Source of the DNA: Takakia lepidozioides
Lineage: Eukaryota > Plantae > Bryophyta
Length of the DNA stretch: 64,000 nt
Assembly: GCA_030704615.1 (NCBI GenBank)
Contig: CM060731.1
Coordinates: 930,001-994,000, forward strand
Direction: 5' to 3'
In this document: piece by piece, positions 1 through 12,300 of the stretch
How positions within the stretch are numbered: the first letter of the stretch is position 1
Layout: the number at the start of each line of letters is the position of its first letter
The notes under the pieces: model-generated
The model's input: the letters and a program-made list of their open reading frames with translations, nothing else
What the model was told of the DNA's origin: nothing
Databases searched by the model: none
Position numbers and translations under genes: made by a program

Positions 1-518
1 GAAGCTGTTCGTACCAACAATTCCTCCCTGTCCGGCCCAAAGCCCCATTGTTTGCCGCTCAGGAACTTGTAGTACGTGGCTTGCTGCATGATTGCTCTGT
101 CGATGTCCTCCGTTGTGGCCGTCACTACGTCCACCAGATGTGCGGCAGAAGACGCTCGCTAGGAGGAGTGGACCGATTCTGCCATATTCGTGTTCGGCAT
201 GTCCGTGTCGGAATCCAAGCACCGCTCCTAGAAGAACACAAACAATGGTGAGGGACCAATCGAAATGTCCGTAACAGAAAGACAAATGAACGACATTGAC
301 AGCAGCCTACCTCCCGCATGTACTGTCCGAACTGTCGATACCGAAAATGCCACCACCCCAACTAGCTGTGCAATGCTCCCAGATTGGTTGTCTCCACTGC
401 ACCTGACGTGTTCCACCAAGCCTTGATGATAGCAAACTTAACCTCCGCGTCATCAAATGTGGGTGCATCCTTCCACGCCGTACAAAGGACACGGTGTTCA
501 GCCTGGAATGAGCTAGCA
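1..518 (-). pseudogene. Diverged MULE transposase fragment (DDE C-terminal part, includes the conserved intron)
   Basis: Minus strand reads ...AWKDAPTFDDAEVKFAIIKAWW...WWHFRYRQFGQYMRE|intron|...TNMAESVHSS..., homologous to the transposase at 41492-45053 but clearly diverged, with in-frame stops; runs off the window start. Confidence 0.8.
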
Positions 519-1830
519 ACAAATTTGGTAGTGTAGTGGGATAGTTACTGCAGGGCGTGTTATTCTGAGGGTTTGAGAGGTGTTGCCCTCAAGGGTCCTG
601 ATCTTGGAGGGTCGGGATGGCATGACTTGGAAGGACCATGTGCGTAATTGTGCGCCATGTCACCTTCCCAATGTCGATGGCAGAGTTGACCCAAACTTGG
701 CAGTGGTACTTGCAGGTTTGAGGTGCATGCTCTGTGGGTCTGCCAAAGGGGCAGCCACCATGCTAGTGTGTGATCGATGCTCAAGGGGTTGGCATATAGG
801 ATGCTTGACACCAACTCTTGAGAAGGTTCCTGACGGAGATTGGTTGTGTCCACACTGCTTGGGATAGTGGCAGTGGACATGACTGGAGGCAGCTAACAAG
901 ACATGGGAGGCCAAGCTCATATGAGTCAATACATGAGATCCCAAGCTCAAGTTCACAGGTTGCAAGACGACGACTAATGATGGGGCAACTCTTGCACCCG
1001 GCCTCTTGATCTATTTTGTGAGTGTAGTAGGGATAGTGGTGGAGGACTTAGTGAGGCTATGGTCACTATCACATCTTGTGGCTACCTGGACTTAGAGGGA
1101 CCTAAGCACCAGCTAGGGGGGCGATTGTGTGGACTAGTGACTGCCATAGTGGGCAGCATAGTGGCAGCCTAGTGACTGACTAGTTGTAGCCTAGTGGTTG
1201 GACTAGTGGTTGGATTAGTGGTGACTAGTGGTATACTAGTGTGTGGTGTGCACATGTGTTGTGTGGTTTTGGACAACGATGTAGTTGTGTAGCGATATGT
1301 ATGCGCACGACAGCTGTCAAATTATTTTACCACTAGTGTGAAACTAGCTAGGAAATAGCTAGCTTTTACATATTGACATTTGGGATTGGCCCAAGTGTCA
1401 ATCCAGGGATCAAGGCAGATTTAGGCCCTGGAGTGGTTATCTTCACGGCAAGCGCGGGAGGCTCATCTTTCTCGAGTTGAGCCTCACCGCGCCTAGCTAT
1501 GGCGCCGTAGTGTGGATTCCCCATGGCGTGGGGTGCACTTGGCTTGACTTGTATTTGAGTGATGAGGTTATATATGTATGAGTTTATGCTTCAGCTTTGT
1601 GAGCTCGCATGAGCTTGTGCTTGTATTCTTCTTCTTTATCCATTGTGTGGACTAGTGACTGCCATAGTGGGTAGCATAGTGGCAGCCTAGTGACTGACTA
1701 GTTGTAGCCTAGTGGTTGGACTAGTGGTTGGACTAGTGGTGACTAGTGATATACTAGTGTGTGGTGTGCACATGTGTTGTGTGGTTTTGGACAGCGATGT
1801 AGTTGTGTAGCGATATGTATGCGCACGATA
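519..1830 (+). mobile_element. 3' end of a Ty3/gypsy LTR retrotransposon: pol tail with PHD finger, PPT, and A-B-A terminal repeat
   Basis: ORF 580-867 ends in CMLCGS...MLVCDRCSRGWHIGCLTPTLEKVPDGDWLCPHC (C4HC3 PHD). Purine tract AGCTAGGGGGGCGA at 1111-1124. TG-starting 187-bp direct repeats at 1126-1312 and 1644-1830. Confidence 0.8.
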
Positions 1831-2930
1831 GTATCGATAATGTATGGGTATGTGGTCACTGACTGTCTTGTGAACAAACCTTTTTTTGTTCTGCCCATAT
1901 TGTTTCTGACATGTGAGGAGAGGATCGTCTTCATGTACGGGAAGTAGACGTGAATGTGTGCATGCATTTTCTGGCCCATCTGCATGCTTTCCAGGAACAA
2001 AGACCAGTGGAATGGGGGGTGTCTCCAAAGGAGCAGGACCGAACGACACCTTTTTGTGCTTCCCTTGCTTTCCTTCTCACCGTTGTTCCATTCTCCCACC
2101 TGCCCAACAACAGCACTCTCGAAGCAATAGCATGACATATTTTCGCACATGGTCTTCTTCACCAGTGAATGAGCTTTTATGCTACATGTACTGCCCCGTC
2201 CACATTAACGTTGATCCCTGCAAGCACTTGGCAAGACACCCCAGAGCCGCAAATCCAGCAACCACCACAAACACATCTAACTGATTGTAGTGACACGGGA
2301 ATAACTCACTTGTAGAGGAATTGAACCTCCAGCCAAATGAATGGCTCTGCCCCTTGTAGCACAAGTGCGATGCAAAAACAAGGTGAGTACAAAATGAAGA
2401 AGCACTTACGAGGTCCCCATCCCTGGGATGGGCTCCCACTTCTGCTCTGGAACTGTGCAGGCCTGAGTAGCACCAAATTGCATGAATCCTAAGCCTGAAT
2501 GTCAAATGCAGGTTTATGTCGCGATGTAGCACGCCATTATCTTACCTGTAGTTTCCAGTTTCACTGGTGTCACATTTGCCTTCAAGTCAACATCAAAATT
2601 AAGTCCACCTATGCGCAAATCGCAGAATCTCTCATGACACCATCTGCGTACCGAAAAACTGGTTTGGCATGATATAATTGTAGTTCACAACCTTAATGAA
2701 CGCTTTCAGCCTTTACCTCTCCGTGCGCTCCATCGTGCCTCCATCCAGCACATTCTGTAAATGTTGAATGACCAAGAACCCGATGTCACACCGTTCTGAG
2801 AAGCCACTACGCGCGCTCACAGTATACGAAGGCCTTGCCGTGTCAGGATTTGCATTCCCACGTCCCGCCATGTCCGACGCAGCACTTGCATCCTTGCCAG
2901 ACAGGCCAGGTGGAGGCAGCATGTATTAAA
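1831..2930 (-). pseudogene. Degenerate Cys-rich gene fragments, probably TE-derived
   Basis: Broken minus-strand ORFs (1687-2532, 2713-2922) with splice-like junctions; no family confidently recognised. Confidence 0.25.
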
Positions 2931-3262
2931 ATATCTATTCCCCCAATGCCACATTTTGTTTACCTCTTTTTGTGAAAGCCACGTCAGCAAATGTGCTGCC
3001 GAGTCATGGGTGCAATGAATGCGCAGTGGTTCATGGAGTCGTTGAGTCGACTACATATTCACTTTAATGAATAAATATCTTTATTCCATTAATCGAATTA
3101 GGAATGCAAATTTGTAGTCGCATGTGCAGTAATTACAACCACTTGCAATTTTGGCTTTTTCAAATTTTGTCTGTTTCGACTCTCCAGTAGTCCCGTTTAC
3201 TACCAAGTGGTTCCCGGAGTGGTCGCGGACATGCAGTCGATTCGAAAAAGACACGAATGCTT

Positions 3263-3765
3263 CTAGTGGCCTTCCATCGGAACATTGGGGTCTTCCTCGT
3301 ACACCCTTCGGATGACAGCCCAATTTGCTTGTGCGTTGTCCGCCATGAAACCACGGAAATTGGGAGGGGGCAATCCCGCCTTGGCCATCTGTTCGTTTAT
3401 TCCCTGCCAAAGAAGCATCTCCGATTGTGTGTCCTCTCCTTTCATCTCACAAATAACAATTGTCATTAGCATCTTGCAGTTGGTGTTGTAGACATGTGCA
3501 GCCATTGTCACCCACTGGTGATTTGTAATTCGCTTGATATGGTCGAACATGACCCAACTGTTTGACAAGTCCCCACTCGTCATCCGGTCGACCAGTTTGA
3601 CGCCGCTGCCAGGCCCACACGTGGACATTTTGAATACGAAACAACGATTTGCCTCAGTCCCTTGTCCAGGAAACCTACTTCCATGAATGTAGTCATATCC
3701 ACATCATCGTTTCACCTCCAGAATGTAGTGCATATCCGAGCCACGCCCAATTTTCTGTTTCATCC
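3263..3765 (-). pseudogene. MULE transposase internal fragment closely related to the copies at 43 kb and 63 kb
   Basis: MSTCGPGSGVKLVDRMTSGDLSNSWVMFDHIKRITNHQW...NFRGFMADNAQANWAVIRRVY; nucleotide sequence nearly matches ~43280-43730 and the reverse complement of ~62710-63200. Confidence 0.9.
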
Positions 3766-4159
3766 ATGCCTCATTCATCCATCAAGTTTTCATCATACAT
3801 TCATCCAATATTCATCCACCTGCACATCTTCTTGGGCATATCAGCCATATACAGAAATTTCCGACGAGATGGGGGGGAATCGTCCCTTTTGTGGACTTGT
3901 TGAGTTCTCCACTAAAAGGACGTCTGCCCGCATTAAATGGCTAAACCTTGTAAGTGGTAACAGGCCTTCCTAGGATTCCTGTCCGCGGTTATAGCCCCAA
4001 GCGCAATGTGGTCACCCTGGAACGTGAGCAGAATTCTTCTCACGACATTTTTTTGCTTACGTGAGCTCATGGACAAGCATTCCCCTCTAATACACAAGCC
4101 AGTTCATGGCATGTCCTCATTGCAGATAGGTTTGGATAACTTCATAAAAGGCTACAGAA

Positions 4160-4568
4160 CTCAATATGCATCTCAGGGCCGAGTCTGATGAGAGGGCAAA
4201 ACAGGCTGAAATAGGTCGAAGAATCTAAGGTGCCCTCACCACATTGTCCTTGACCTTGTGTCATGACCCATGGAGAATTTGACCGACCATCAACCCAAAA
4301 GGACCTCTTGTGTGCTCTGCTTGTGTCTATAGTCAGGTAATGTCGATTGGTCTGTGAGAACCACCATGGTGCAGCTAAGCAGGCATGATTGAAACACGGT
4401 CTGCTAAGACCAAGCTGACTCTCCCAAGAACCTTGTAAACATCATGAAGAATACCAAATCATGGTACTAACAGGAGCCAAGAGCCCACATTTGCAGGATG
4501 GACAAACTTCTTCACATCGTACATTAAAACAAAGCCACACCTTGCGATTGCGGTTGTCTCACCATCGT
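4160..4568 (+). repeat. Dispersed repeat family (other copies 35960-36348 +, 36390-36500 +, 31663-31824 -)
   Basis: Shared sequence such as GAGTCTGATGAGAGGGCAAAACAGGCTGAAATAGGTCGAAGAA and TTTGCAGGATGGACAAACTTCTTCACATCGTACATTAA. Confidence 0.85.
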
Positions 4569-4616
4569 ACAAATTCCAACTGTGATAGCTCCTGCGGTGT
4601 ACTCATAATCTGCAAA

Positions 4617-4850
4617 TGTCTCCATCTGCGATCGGTGTGTGAAACCCCTCCGCGCTCAAGCACGCGGGGGCATCATCCTGCCTTCCCCACGCACAGCTCT
4701 CCCGATTATTTTTTCGGTTATTTTTGGGCAGCCCAGGCAGAGTCCAAAAAAATTGACGACGAAACGTGGCGACGATGACGTGGCACTATGGAACCCTATT
4801 CCTGCTCTACGCTAAACTAGTCTCCGACCTTCAATCGTCGCTAGAATTAC
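4617..4850 (+). repeat. ~230-bp dispersed repeat; inverted copy at ~18980-19222
   Basis: GATCGGTGTGTGAAACCCCTCCGCGCTCAAG...TGGCACTATGG..CCCTATTCCTGCTCTAC.CTAAA(A)CTAGTCTCCGACCTTC is present in both copies. Confidence 0.8.
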
Positions 4851-5042
4851 CGCCTGTAGGCAGCTCCCCTCTTGGTTGGGACCTACCGCAACAGACTTGC
4901 TTGCCCGGCAGACCCTCCGAGGGGGTGGGAGGTCCCACCCTACACAACCCCCTCGCCACAGGCACGCGTGCGCATTGAAGACGCTATTATCTTTCGATGT
5001 GCAGCTCTTTGGCTCTGGGGCCTTCCAAAAAGGAAAAAGAGC

Positions 5043-5232
5043 ACATCGGCTGGTAGCTCAGCTGGTAAGTGCACAATGTGTCGCCCTGGTGGTTCAAGGT
5101 TCGAGCGCGGTGTGTGGATTGTTCGTGACCGGGTGGTCTGGTGGTGATGTTTCCCTCCTATGTGCCTAATGGCGGGGGTTAATTTTCCCCCCTCCTCAAG
5201 GGCCTGAATTGTGAGCAGTCGCTTTCCTTTAA
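5043..5232 (+). mobile_element. tRNA-derived SINE (A-rich tail resumes at ~6056-6110 after a MITE insertion)
   Basis: A box TAGCTCAGCTGG and B box GGTTCGAGC; related copy in U2AF65 intron 17. Confidence 0.65.
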
Positions 5233-6055
5233 CCCTTAAGTTCCCAAGCTTTTTTTTGACTTTTTACCAATTTTGGGTACCCAGCTGCAGTAAATTGCCC
5301 CTAGAAACCTACCAAAAATCATTCGGAGATTCCAGCCTTATAGCAATGGGCCCAACTCATTTATGCATGACATACCAAAAAATGAGCCAATTCCACCGTG
5401 GAAATTGTGAGATTATAGCGTTGGCCCGGACCTCAAATATCAAGTCCCAAAGAAAAAGTGAGAAAGAAATTGGTTTGACCAAATCAAAACCTAGCTTTAT
5501 CCAATTTTGCTTGCCCCAAGACCCACCAGTTCCAAATCAATAGTGGAGTGGCTATGACCCCACTAAATTGCAGGTCCAACTGATTTTTTCACCTATGGTT
5601 GCTATGCATGCAATTACATGGGGGTTGAAATCTCAAAATTGACAAGAGAAAATGTGCCTCCAAATGAAGTACTTTGTTTTTTACAAAAAATTTAAAAGCC
5701 AATGGTGGATGTGTGTATGTAATGCTCACACACCACAAGGTGAAGTGCTTTTTCCAAAATTGCTAATTTTCTGCCAAAAATGGCCTTTGGAGTGCAATCT
5801 GTTTTGGGCTTGTTTACCTGCCACGTCAGCGGTCAACAAGCCATTTTCAGGCCCCTAAACGTAAATGAGAGTTCTAAGATATTTTTTGTAGGTTGTAGCT
5901 TTTGTTTTTTCTTAATTTTGTTTTTTCATCATACTCGAGACAAATCCCTTGTCATTAAAGCTTCAGGAGTGGGCCCCATCAGATTAGATCTGCAAAAATT
6001 AGGTCGAACTGCAAATTCAAAGTGACCCGATTCAGGTCGCTTGGGAACTTAAGGG
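5233..6055. mobile_element. Non-autonomous piggyBac-like element (823 bp)
   Basis: Perfect 17-bp TIR CCCTTAAGTTCCCAAGC (5233-5249 / 6039-6055), flanked by TTAA on both sides (5229-5232, 6056-6059); no coding capacity recognised. Confidence 0.75.
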
Positions 6056-6349
6056 TTAATTTGAAAAAGAAAAGAAAAAAGAAACCAAACAAAACAAAAA
6101 CAAAAACTACTAAGCAAAGGTCAGCAGGCCTAAAAAAATCAGCCCGACTTCTGTGTGCCCTAACTCTCACACGTACCTGTTCAATCCACATGTCTCCTTG
6201 CGTCTGTCGGTGTCTGCGTCTTTGGATCCTGCTTCGACCCCACCTGCTGGACGATCATCTCTGTGCTGCAACGAAGCAAGTGTTACCCTGGAAGCTTGAT
6301 AAGAAGTAGGATATTTGTAGATCACAAGCTAGTTGTGCAAGGTATAGAG

Positions 6350-9300
6350 ATGGCAGACGACGGGGGGCCATATGACGACGGGGACTCACCTCCACCTAGA
6401 CATGGTGACTCCGGGGGTTATGACGGACACGCTGATCGGGAAAATGGAGATAGGAAGCGAGAGGTCGGGACTCTCCTCTCACCCCTCTTCAGACATCATC
6501 GTCTGCTTATGCTAATCTGGTAGAATAAGAGGGCTTGGTGTACTTGGAATCTGCAGAGGCTCCTTGCAAATGCGTGGTTTGGTCGTAATTCTTGAATGTG
6601 CCATGAGAAGGTCATGGATTTCCGGGCTGAACGCTTGAAGTGTGTAGTCTTTTCACCATCGAATGTGTATGTTGTTTTCTGTCGAAGGTTCTGTCCGCAC
6701 GCGTTATCAATCCGCTCTCTGTGTCCTTCATCGATGTCTGTTTTGGGAGGTCCGGGTACCATATATTTCCTTATGAGTTTGGATGTCACTACATGCGTCA
6801 AGTGTCGGCGCAAGTGTAGTTTCAATTTCATTCTGAATTTTCGCTGGTGTGTAACGTCTGCTTCTACTTTGATACCATCATGGTGTTCTCCTCTACTGTC
6901 TTGATCCTTTCTAGTCTGCTAATTTAATCTTGGCAACATACAAACAACTTGGTGTGCGATCAGGTTTACCATATCTCTGTAGAGTGTCATTGTATGAGTT
7001 CTGGTGTCTGGTAGTATGCGTCTTTGTGACTCAATGTTCCATTGTCGTTTTGTTCCCAGCCTTTTTTTTTCCATCAAGTAAGTTGTGTCTTATCTGCCAG
7101 GTCTCCTTGTAGCTTGATATCTTGGGATGGTGGGGTCTTGTACGATAGTCCAGCACTTTCTGAGTGCAGAACGGCATGCAGTTTTTCAATTGGTAGGAGC
7201 AGAGTAGAGGAAGTTGTCTTACCTGACCTAATGACGATTCTGTTCCTGTAACCTGTCTTGTCTGCAGAGTGAAGGCAGAGTCCCGTCATGCCATTGAGTT
7301 CAGGGATTGCAGCAGCTACTGTTGTCAGGTGTCTAGGATTATCAGTCCAATTGAGGGAGCACTTAAGTTAGCGTGTGAAGTAGTGCTGTCCCACTGGGTT
7401 GTTACAACTCATTGGAAGTTTTTCCTGTAAATGCGTAGCACCTAACAGGTCACAAACCCTAAACGCCTGGCAGCCATGGAACTGTTGAATGCTCCCGGTG
7501 CATCATACAGTGCCAAGAAGAAACAAGTTTTATTTTCTTGCCTTGCTAGAGACTCTACACCTCTTAATGACAGATGAAGTTGCAAATTTGTACTCTAAGT
7601 GGTTATTCTCTTATATTTATTCTACATTCTTTGGCAATTGTCATCACTTGACAGAAAGAGTGTGGGACCACGCGGCTTTATTTCATTCAGTTCCCCAAAC
7701 CAGACACCTAGTGCAATGATTTTCTGTTAAGTCATTTGAATCCCAAACATTAGACTGTTTTGTTTTGCTAAATCACTAACCGTCATCTAGATGTGGCGAG
7801 AATTCACATGTATTTGGCAGCAGTTTGCAGTATCTTCCATTACAGTTATAGGATAAGTATGATGTGTCATCAGTTCCAAATTTAATGGTTGTATTTGTTG
7901 TCATTGTTGTTCCTCCGTGTGCGTAGTTGGGAAGGACACCGGTTAAAGAGCCCTCATGTTGAGAAAAGGTTGACGGAGGGATGCCTTATCCTCCACATCA
8001 ACGACTGTTTCAAAGATCTCTGTATAGATGTCTCCATCATCTCATTCACGCTGCAAGTTTGATGATCTGTGTGCCTAGCTTGGTCGATGCCAACGTACTC
8101 TTTCTGGCCTCAGTTTGGCTGTCCAATCAGACCAGTAGTTTCCTTTGTCACCAAGTTTTCGAGGCCATGGCTTTTGCAAAGTGCCTGGTCTGGTCTCTTG
8201 TGAAGGTGTTCCAGACATGCTCATTGCTGGACATTTGTGCCTGCCCATAATAGTGAGATATAGGCAGGAGACCTTCACCGCAGCTCATGCAAAACGGGCT
8301 GTTTCATAGTTGTAGCTTGGTTGTTAAGTGTTTTCTGGTCTGCTGTAAACCATTATTTGTGTTTAAAACGATTAGAGACAAAGGAGAAAGTTATAACAAA
8401 TCTCACCTTCTTTTATTTTCCATTCGGTTGCTTTTTCGTTTGCAGCACACCTCCCGAGAGCCGGATAGAGACAGGGAAAAGAGCCGAGAAAAAGATCGAG
8501 ACAGAGATCGGCGCCACAGAGATGATAGAGACCGGGATAGGGATAGAGGGCACGACCGAGAGCGCCATCGGAGTCGTGATCGGGAGAGGTGGGTAATTTT
8601 GTATAATTTTATGTCTTCCTTTCTTACAAGATCAAAGTTTGCTTAGCTTTTACTGCAGCAGGCGTTGAGCAGAGACGCAAATGATGCAAACGTGATTTGG
8701 TGTGCTTAGCTTCCATAGAAGATACATAGCTTGATTTTCAGGAGTGACTTCACTCCTAGTGTGGTTTCCCAGTCTAGCTTTCACCCTGTCACATGCTGTA
8801 ATACATGGTGTTGTGCTTTGTCATTTTTAACAGCTTGGTCACATTCTGTCATCACTCATTAGTACTTGTTGATGTGGTTGGGTTCTTCAAATCTGATGGA
8901 TTTGTGAGTATCGGTGTTCAGTCCTCAGCTTCACCACCATTCCCTGGAAAGTACAATTCTCGAACTGTTTTGGCTTTCACCAGTCTCAGTTATGTCTCGT
9001 CCTATTTTGGGGCAAATATGATTTGGCTTGTTACAGGCGAAGTCGGGAGTATGATCGCGATCGAGACAGAAGGCGCAGACACCGGTCTTGCTCCAACTCT
9101 GGAGGAAGGTCACTTGATCTCTCACGATCACGGTCTCGTTCACCATCACGTGACCGTAGAAGGTAAAGGACTCACACTGTTTGATGGTGAACTCATGTGT
9201 GAGTTCTTAATGCAAGTGAAAGTTGCAGATACACACGACAAGTTTGAACCACTCATATAGCTATGTTCCACTTCTTTTTGCAGCAAGCGGACCAGTGGGT

Positions 9301-12300
9301 TTGACATGGCACCTCCAGGTGCAACTGTCATCCCCGGTGCTACGATGCCAGGTCAGTTATTATCTCCACCTACTAAAATTCTAAACCCTATACCGCAACC
9401 GATTTACTGAAAGCGTCTCGGAAATATAATTTTTCACTCCGCTGTAAATTGCAGGCACCACATATCCTGCTTAAAAAAAAGTTGACAATCCACTAGAGAT
9501 ATGGACCTGGCAAGCCTATTTTAATAATTTCTAAGGGTGAGTCAAATAACTAAATTGTTGAGCTTAGATCTTCCTGCATGTGTGTACTTCAAGATAATGC
9601 CATGCTTTGAAATTAAGGTACATCCAGATCTGTGGATATTTCCACAGATATTGGTAGGCAGATGCATGCTCGATAGTAACTTCATGAAGTGCTTGGTGTG
9701 AGATCGTATCTTACCCTCTCTGTCCCCTCCCCTACTTCCATAGCATAGCATGAATGCATTCTAAATCCAATTGTCTGCTTGTAGCTTTTTTTCTTGATAT
9801 TGACTCTTTTTATAAAGTAAGCTTTCCTGTTAGCAGTCATGTCATAGATATTGTTTCTAAGCTGCTGGATTCACAACTGAAATGCACACAGGCATATGAT
9901 TCTTGGCACCTTTATCTTTGTGAGATGTGGGTGGGGTTGGTGGACGCAGTTTCAGATTGGCACTGAGAAAGTCTGTTTGCTTGTGTTCGCCTGTTGTTTG
10001 CTTGTTGTTGTCGTTTGTGGTTGTCTTTGTTTGCTTCGTGGGTGCGAAGGCATCAAACGAGCCGCACTTGCAATAACCTTCGCTGCCCACTCTCCATGAA
10101 GCGCGTAGGGTGCCTACAAGTGTTTCATTGGTCAACACAGGAGAATTGGAATACCCTCGTGTGGGTGGAACTTGGCTCATCTTCACCCCCTTCCAGCAAC
10201 TCTTGTTGTTACTTATGCATTAGCTGTAGAGGTTGTTTTCAAACGTTCAAGGAACATTCACGTATTTTTGTCAATAATAGGTGTTTGTCACAGTAGAGAA
10301 CACTAAAGAACTGAACCCCGAGTGACTTGGAGACCTGTGTGATCGATAATGCTCTTGGTTTTCCCACCTTGAAGTACTTGGGGGTGTCTCTCTACTGCTC
10401 ATATCCCAGTTGTCTGCATGGCTACCTGGTAGCAAGGCAATGCATTGGTTTTTGAAGTGGGTCTGGAGTGCATAGCTTTCTGCCCACAGGTGCACCTGTT
10501 GATTTCTCCTAGAGAAATCTATTCTTTTCTTTCCTCCCTTATGTCTTCAGAGTATTTTTCCATGCTTGGAAAACGAGATGGACATACTGTGCCAGTTGTT
10601 CTTCGGTATTGACTGTGCATTCCAAAGGCTTAGTTGAGTGATGTTTTGCTGTGGGTATGGTCTGTGCTGGGTAGACTTCCACATGGAACCCATGTTGCTG
10701 TTGCATAGAAGAGCTGATCATGGCACTAGCTTGTTCCCAATTGGATCTCCAATATTCTAATCATGCGTTTGACATTCTGATTCACTCTGAGACTAGATCT
10801 TGTGTCTTCCATATTACAGGTCAAATGCCTGGGATGTCTCAATCCATACCTGGGGTCTTTCCAGGAATGTTTCCATTTGGTGGCACACAGGTAAAATGTG
10901 GTCTCTGTTATGCTTACAACTTCATAGGTAGGGATATTTAGGAAATGATCATGTGCGTTGGTGTGACATTCTTAGGGCTGTCTTCTCATGCATTTTGCAA
11001 CTGTTATGAATGAGAGCACATTCACATTGCATGAATGTTTCTTGACAAGTGGGGTGATTGGCAGTTTGGAGGCCTTCCTGCATTGCCGGCTCAGGCAATG
11101 ACTCAACAGGTTAAGGAGTACTGAACTTCATGAAATGTCTGAGAACTTGGATTTATCGTTTGTGGTAGTTGCTGTTCAAACTTGAAGTTGTCAACAGATT
11201 TCTTTGGTTTGACATGTCTCAAGCATCAAACTGCAGAACCTGTTTAAATTCTGGAATATCACTATTTTCCAGCCAAATATTCCAGGCATTGATTTAGGTT
11301 GTGTGCCTCAGGCTACGCGGCATGCTCGTCGAGTTTATGTTGGGGGCCTCCCGCCAATGGCCAACGAGCAAGTATGTAGTCTTCCCTTTAGTTCAGGCTC
11401 ATCTGTGGTCAGTGGATGGGCTGCATGAGGACTCTACGGGACTGCATGGTGGTTTTCCTTCGTAGTCTGTGTCTGCCCATGCTTTGTTCCATGACTACTC
11501 TGGATGCTTGAAGAAATGAGAACTATGATTATTTCTCTCTTTTAATCTTACTGGTTGTTTTGTGAATCAGACAATTGCCACATATTTCAGTCAGGTTATG
11601 GCGGCTGTCGGAGCAAACACTGCTGGGCCGGGTACAGTCTCGTTCTTGATGACTTAGCCCATTGTTGATCTACGTGCCCAGGCCAATTATTGTGTGCTTA
11701 CTGGTTTGCCAAAGTGCCTTTTTCAGTAAAGTGGCCTCTTGGAATATTTTATAGGTATTTAAAAGAAAGTTATAGAATGTGATTGTCTTGTCTTCTTTGA
11801 CCGCATTGTGCATTGCATTGTGAAGTCCTTCAATTGGTGAGTTTTCAACACTGATGCAGGTGATGCTGTTGTGAACGTGTATATCAATCAAGAGAAAAAG
11901 TTTGCATTTGTGGAAATGCGGACGGTTGAAGAAGCTAGCAATGCCATGGCCCTCGATGGTATTATCTTTGAGGTACACATAGAAAAACACGGGCATTGGA
12001 CTTGTTCCGATTTTTCAAAAAAATAGAGCAAGTAAATATTGCATGGCCTGAGAACCTTGTTTCTGCAGCTTGCTGGGCATGGGATAGTGGGTGACTCGCA
12101 TAGAAAACATAAACACACAGAAAGGAAGAGAGAATATACTCATGCCACTCTATGCAAACATTGGCTTGCCACAGCCTTACAGCCATCGACCCCACGGGAA
12201 GCTAACCCTCCCAGAGCCTTTTGTGGAGTTCACATCCACCAGAGTTTAGAAAGGAAGAGAGGGAGAGAGAGAGAACGAAAAAAAGCATAGGTGAGCTGAA

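Noticed and set aside
5045-5115. tRNA gene
   Set aside because: A and B boxes are present but no acceptor stem or cloverleaf can be formed; the sequence continues into a SINE body shared with 17262-17471.
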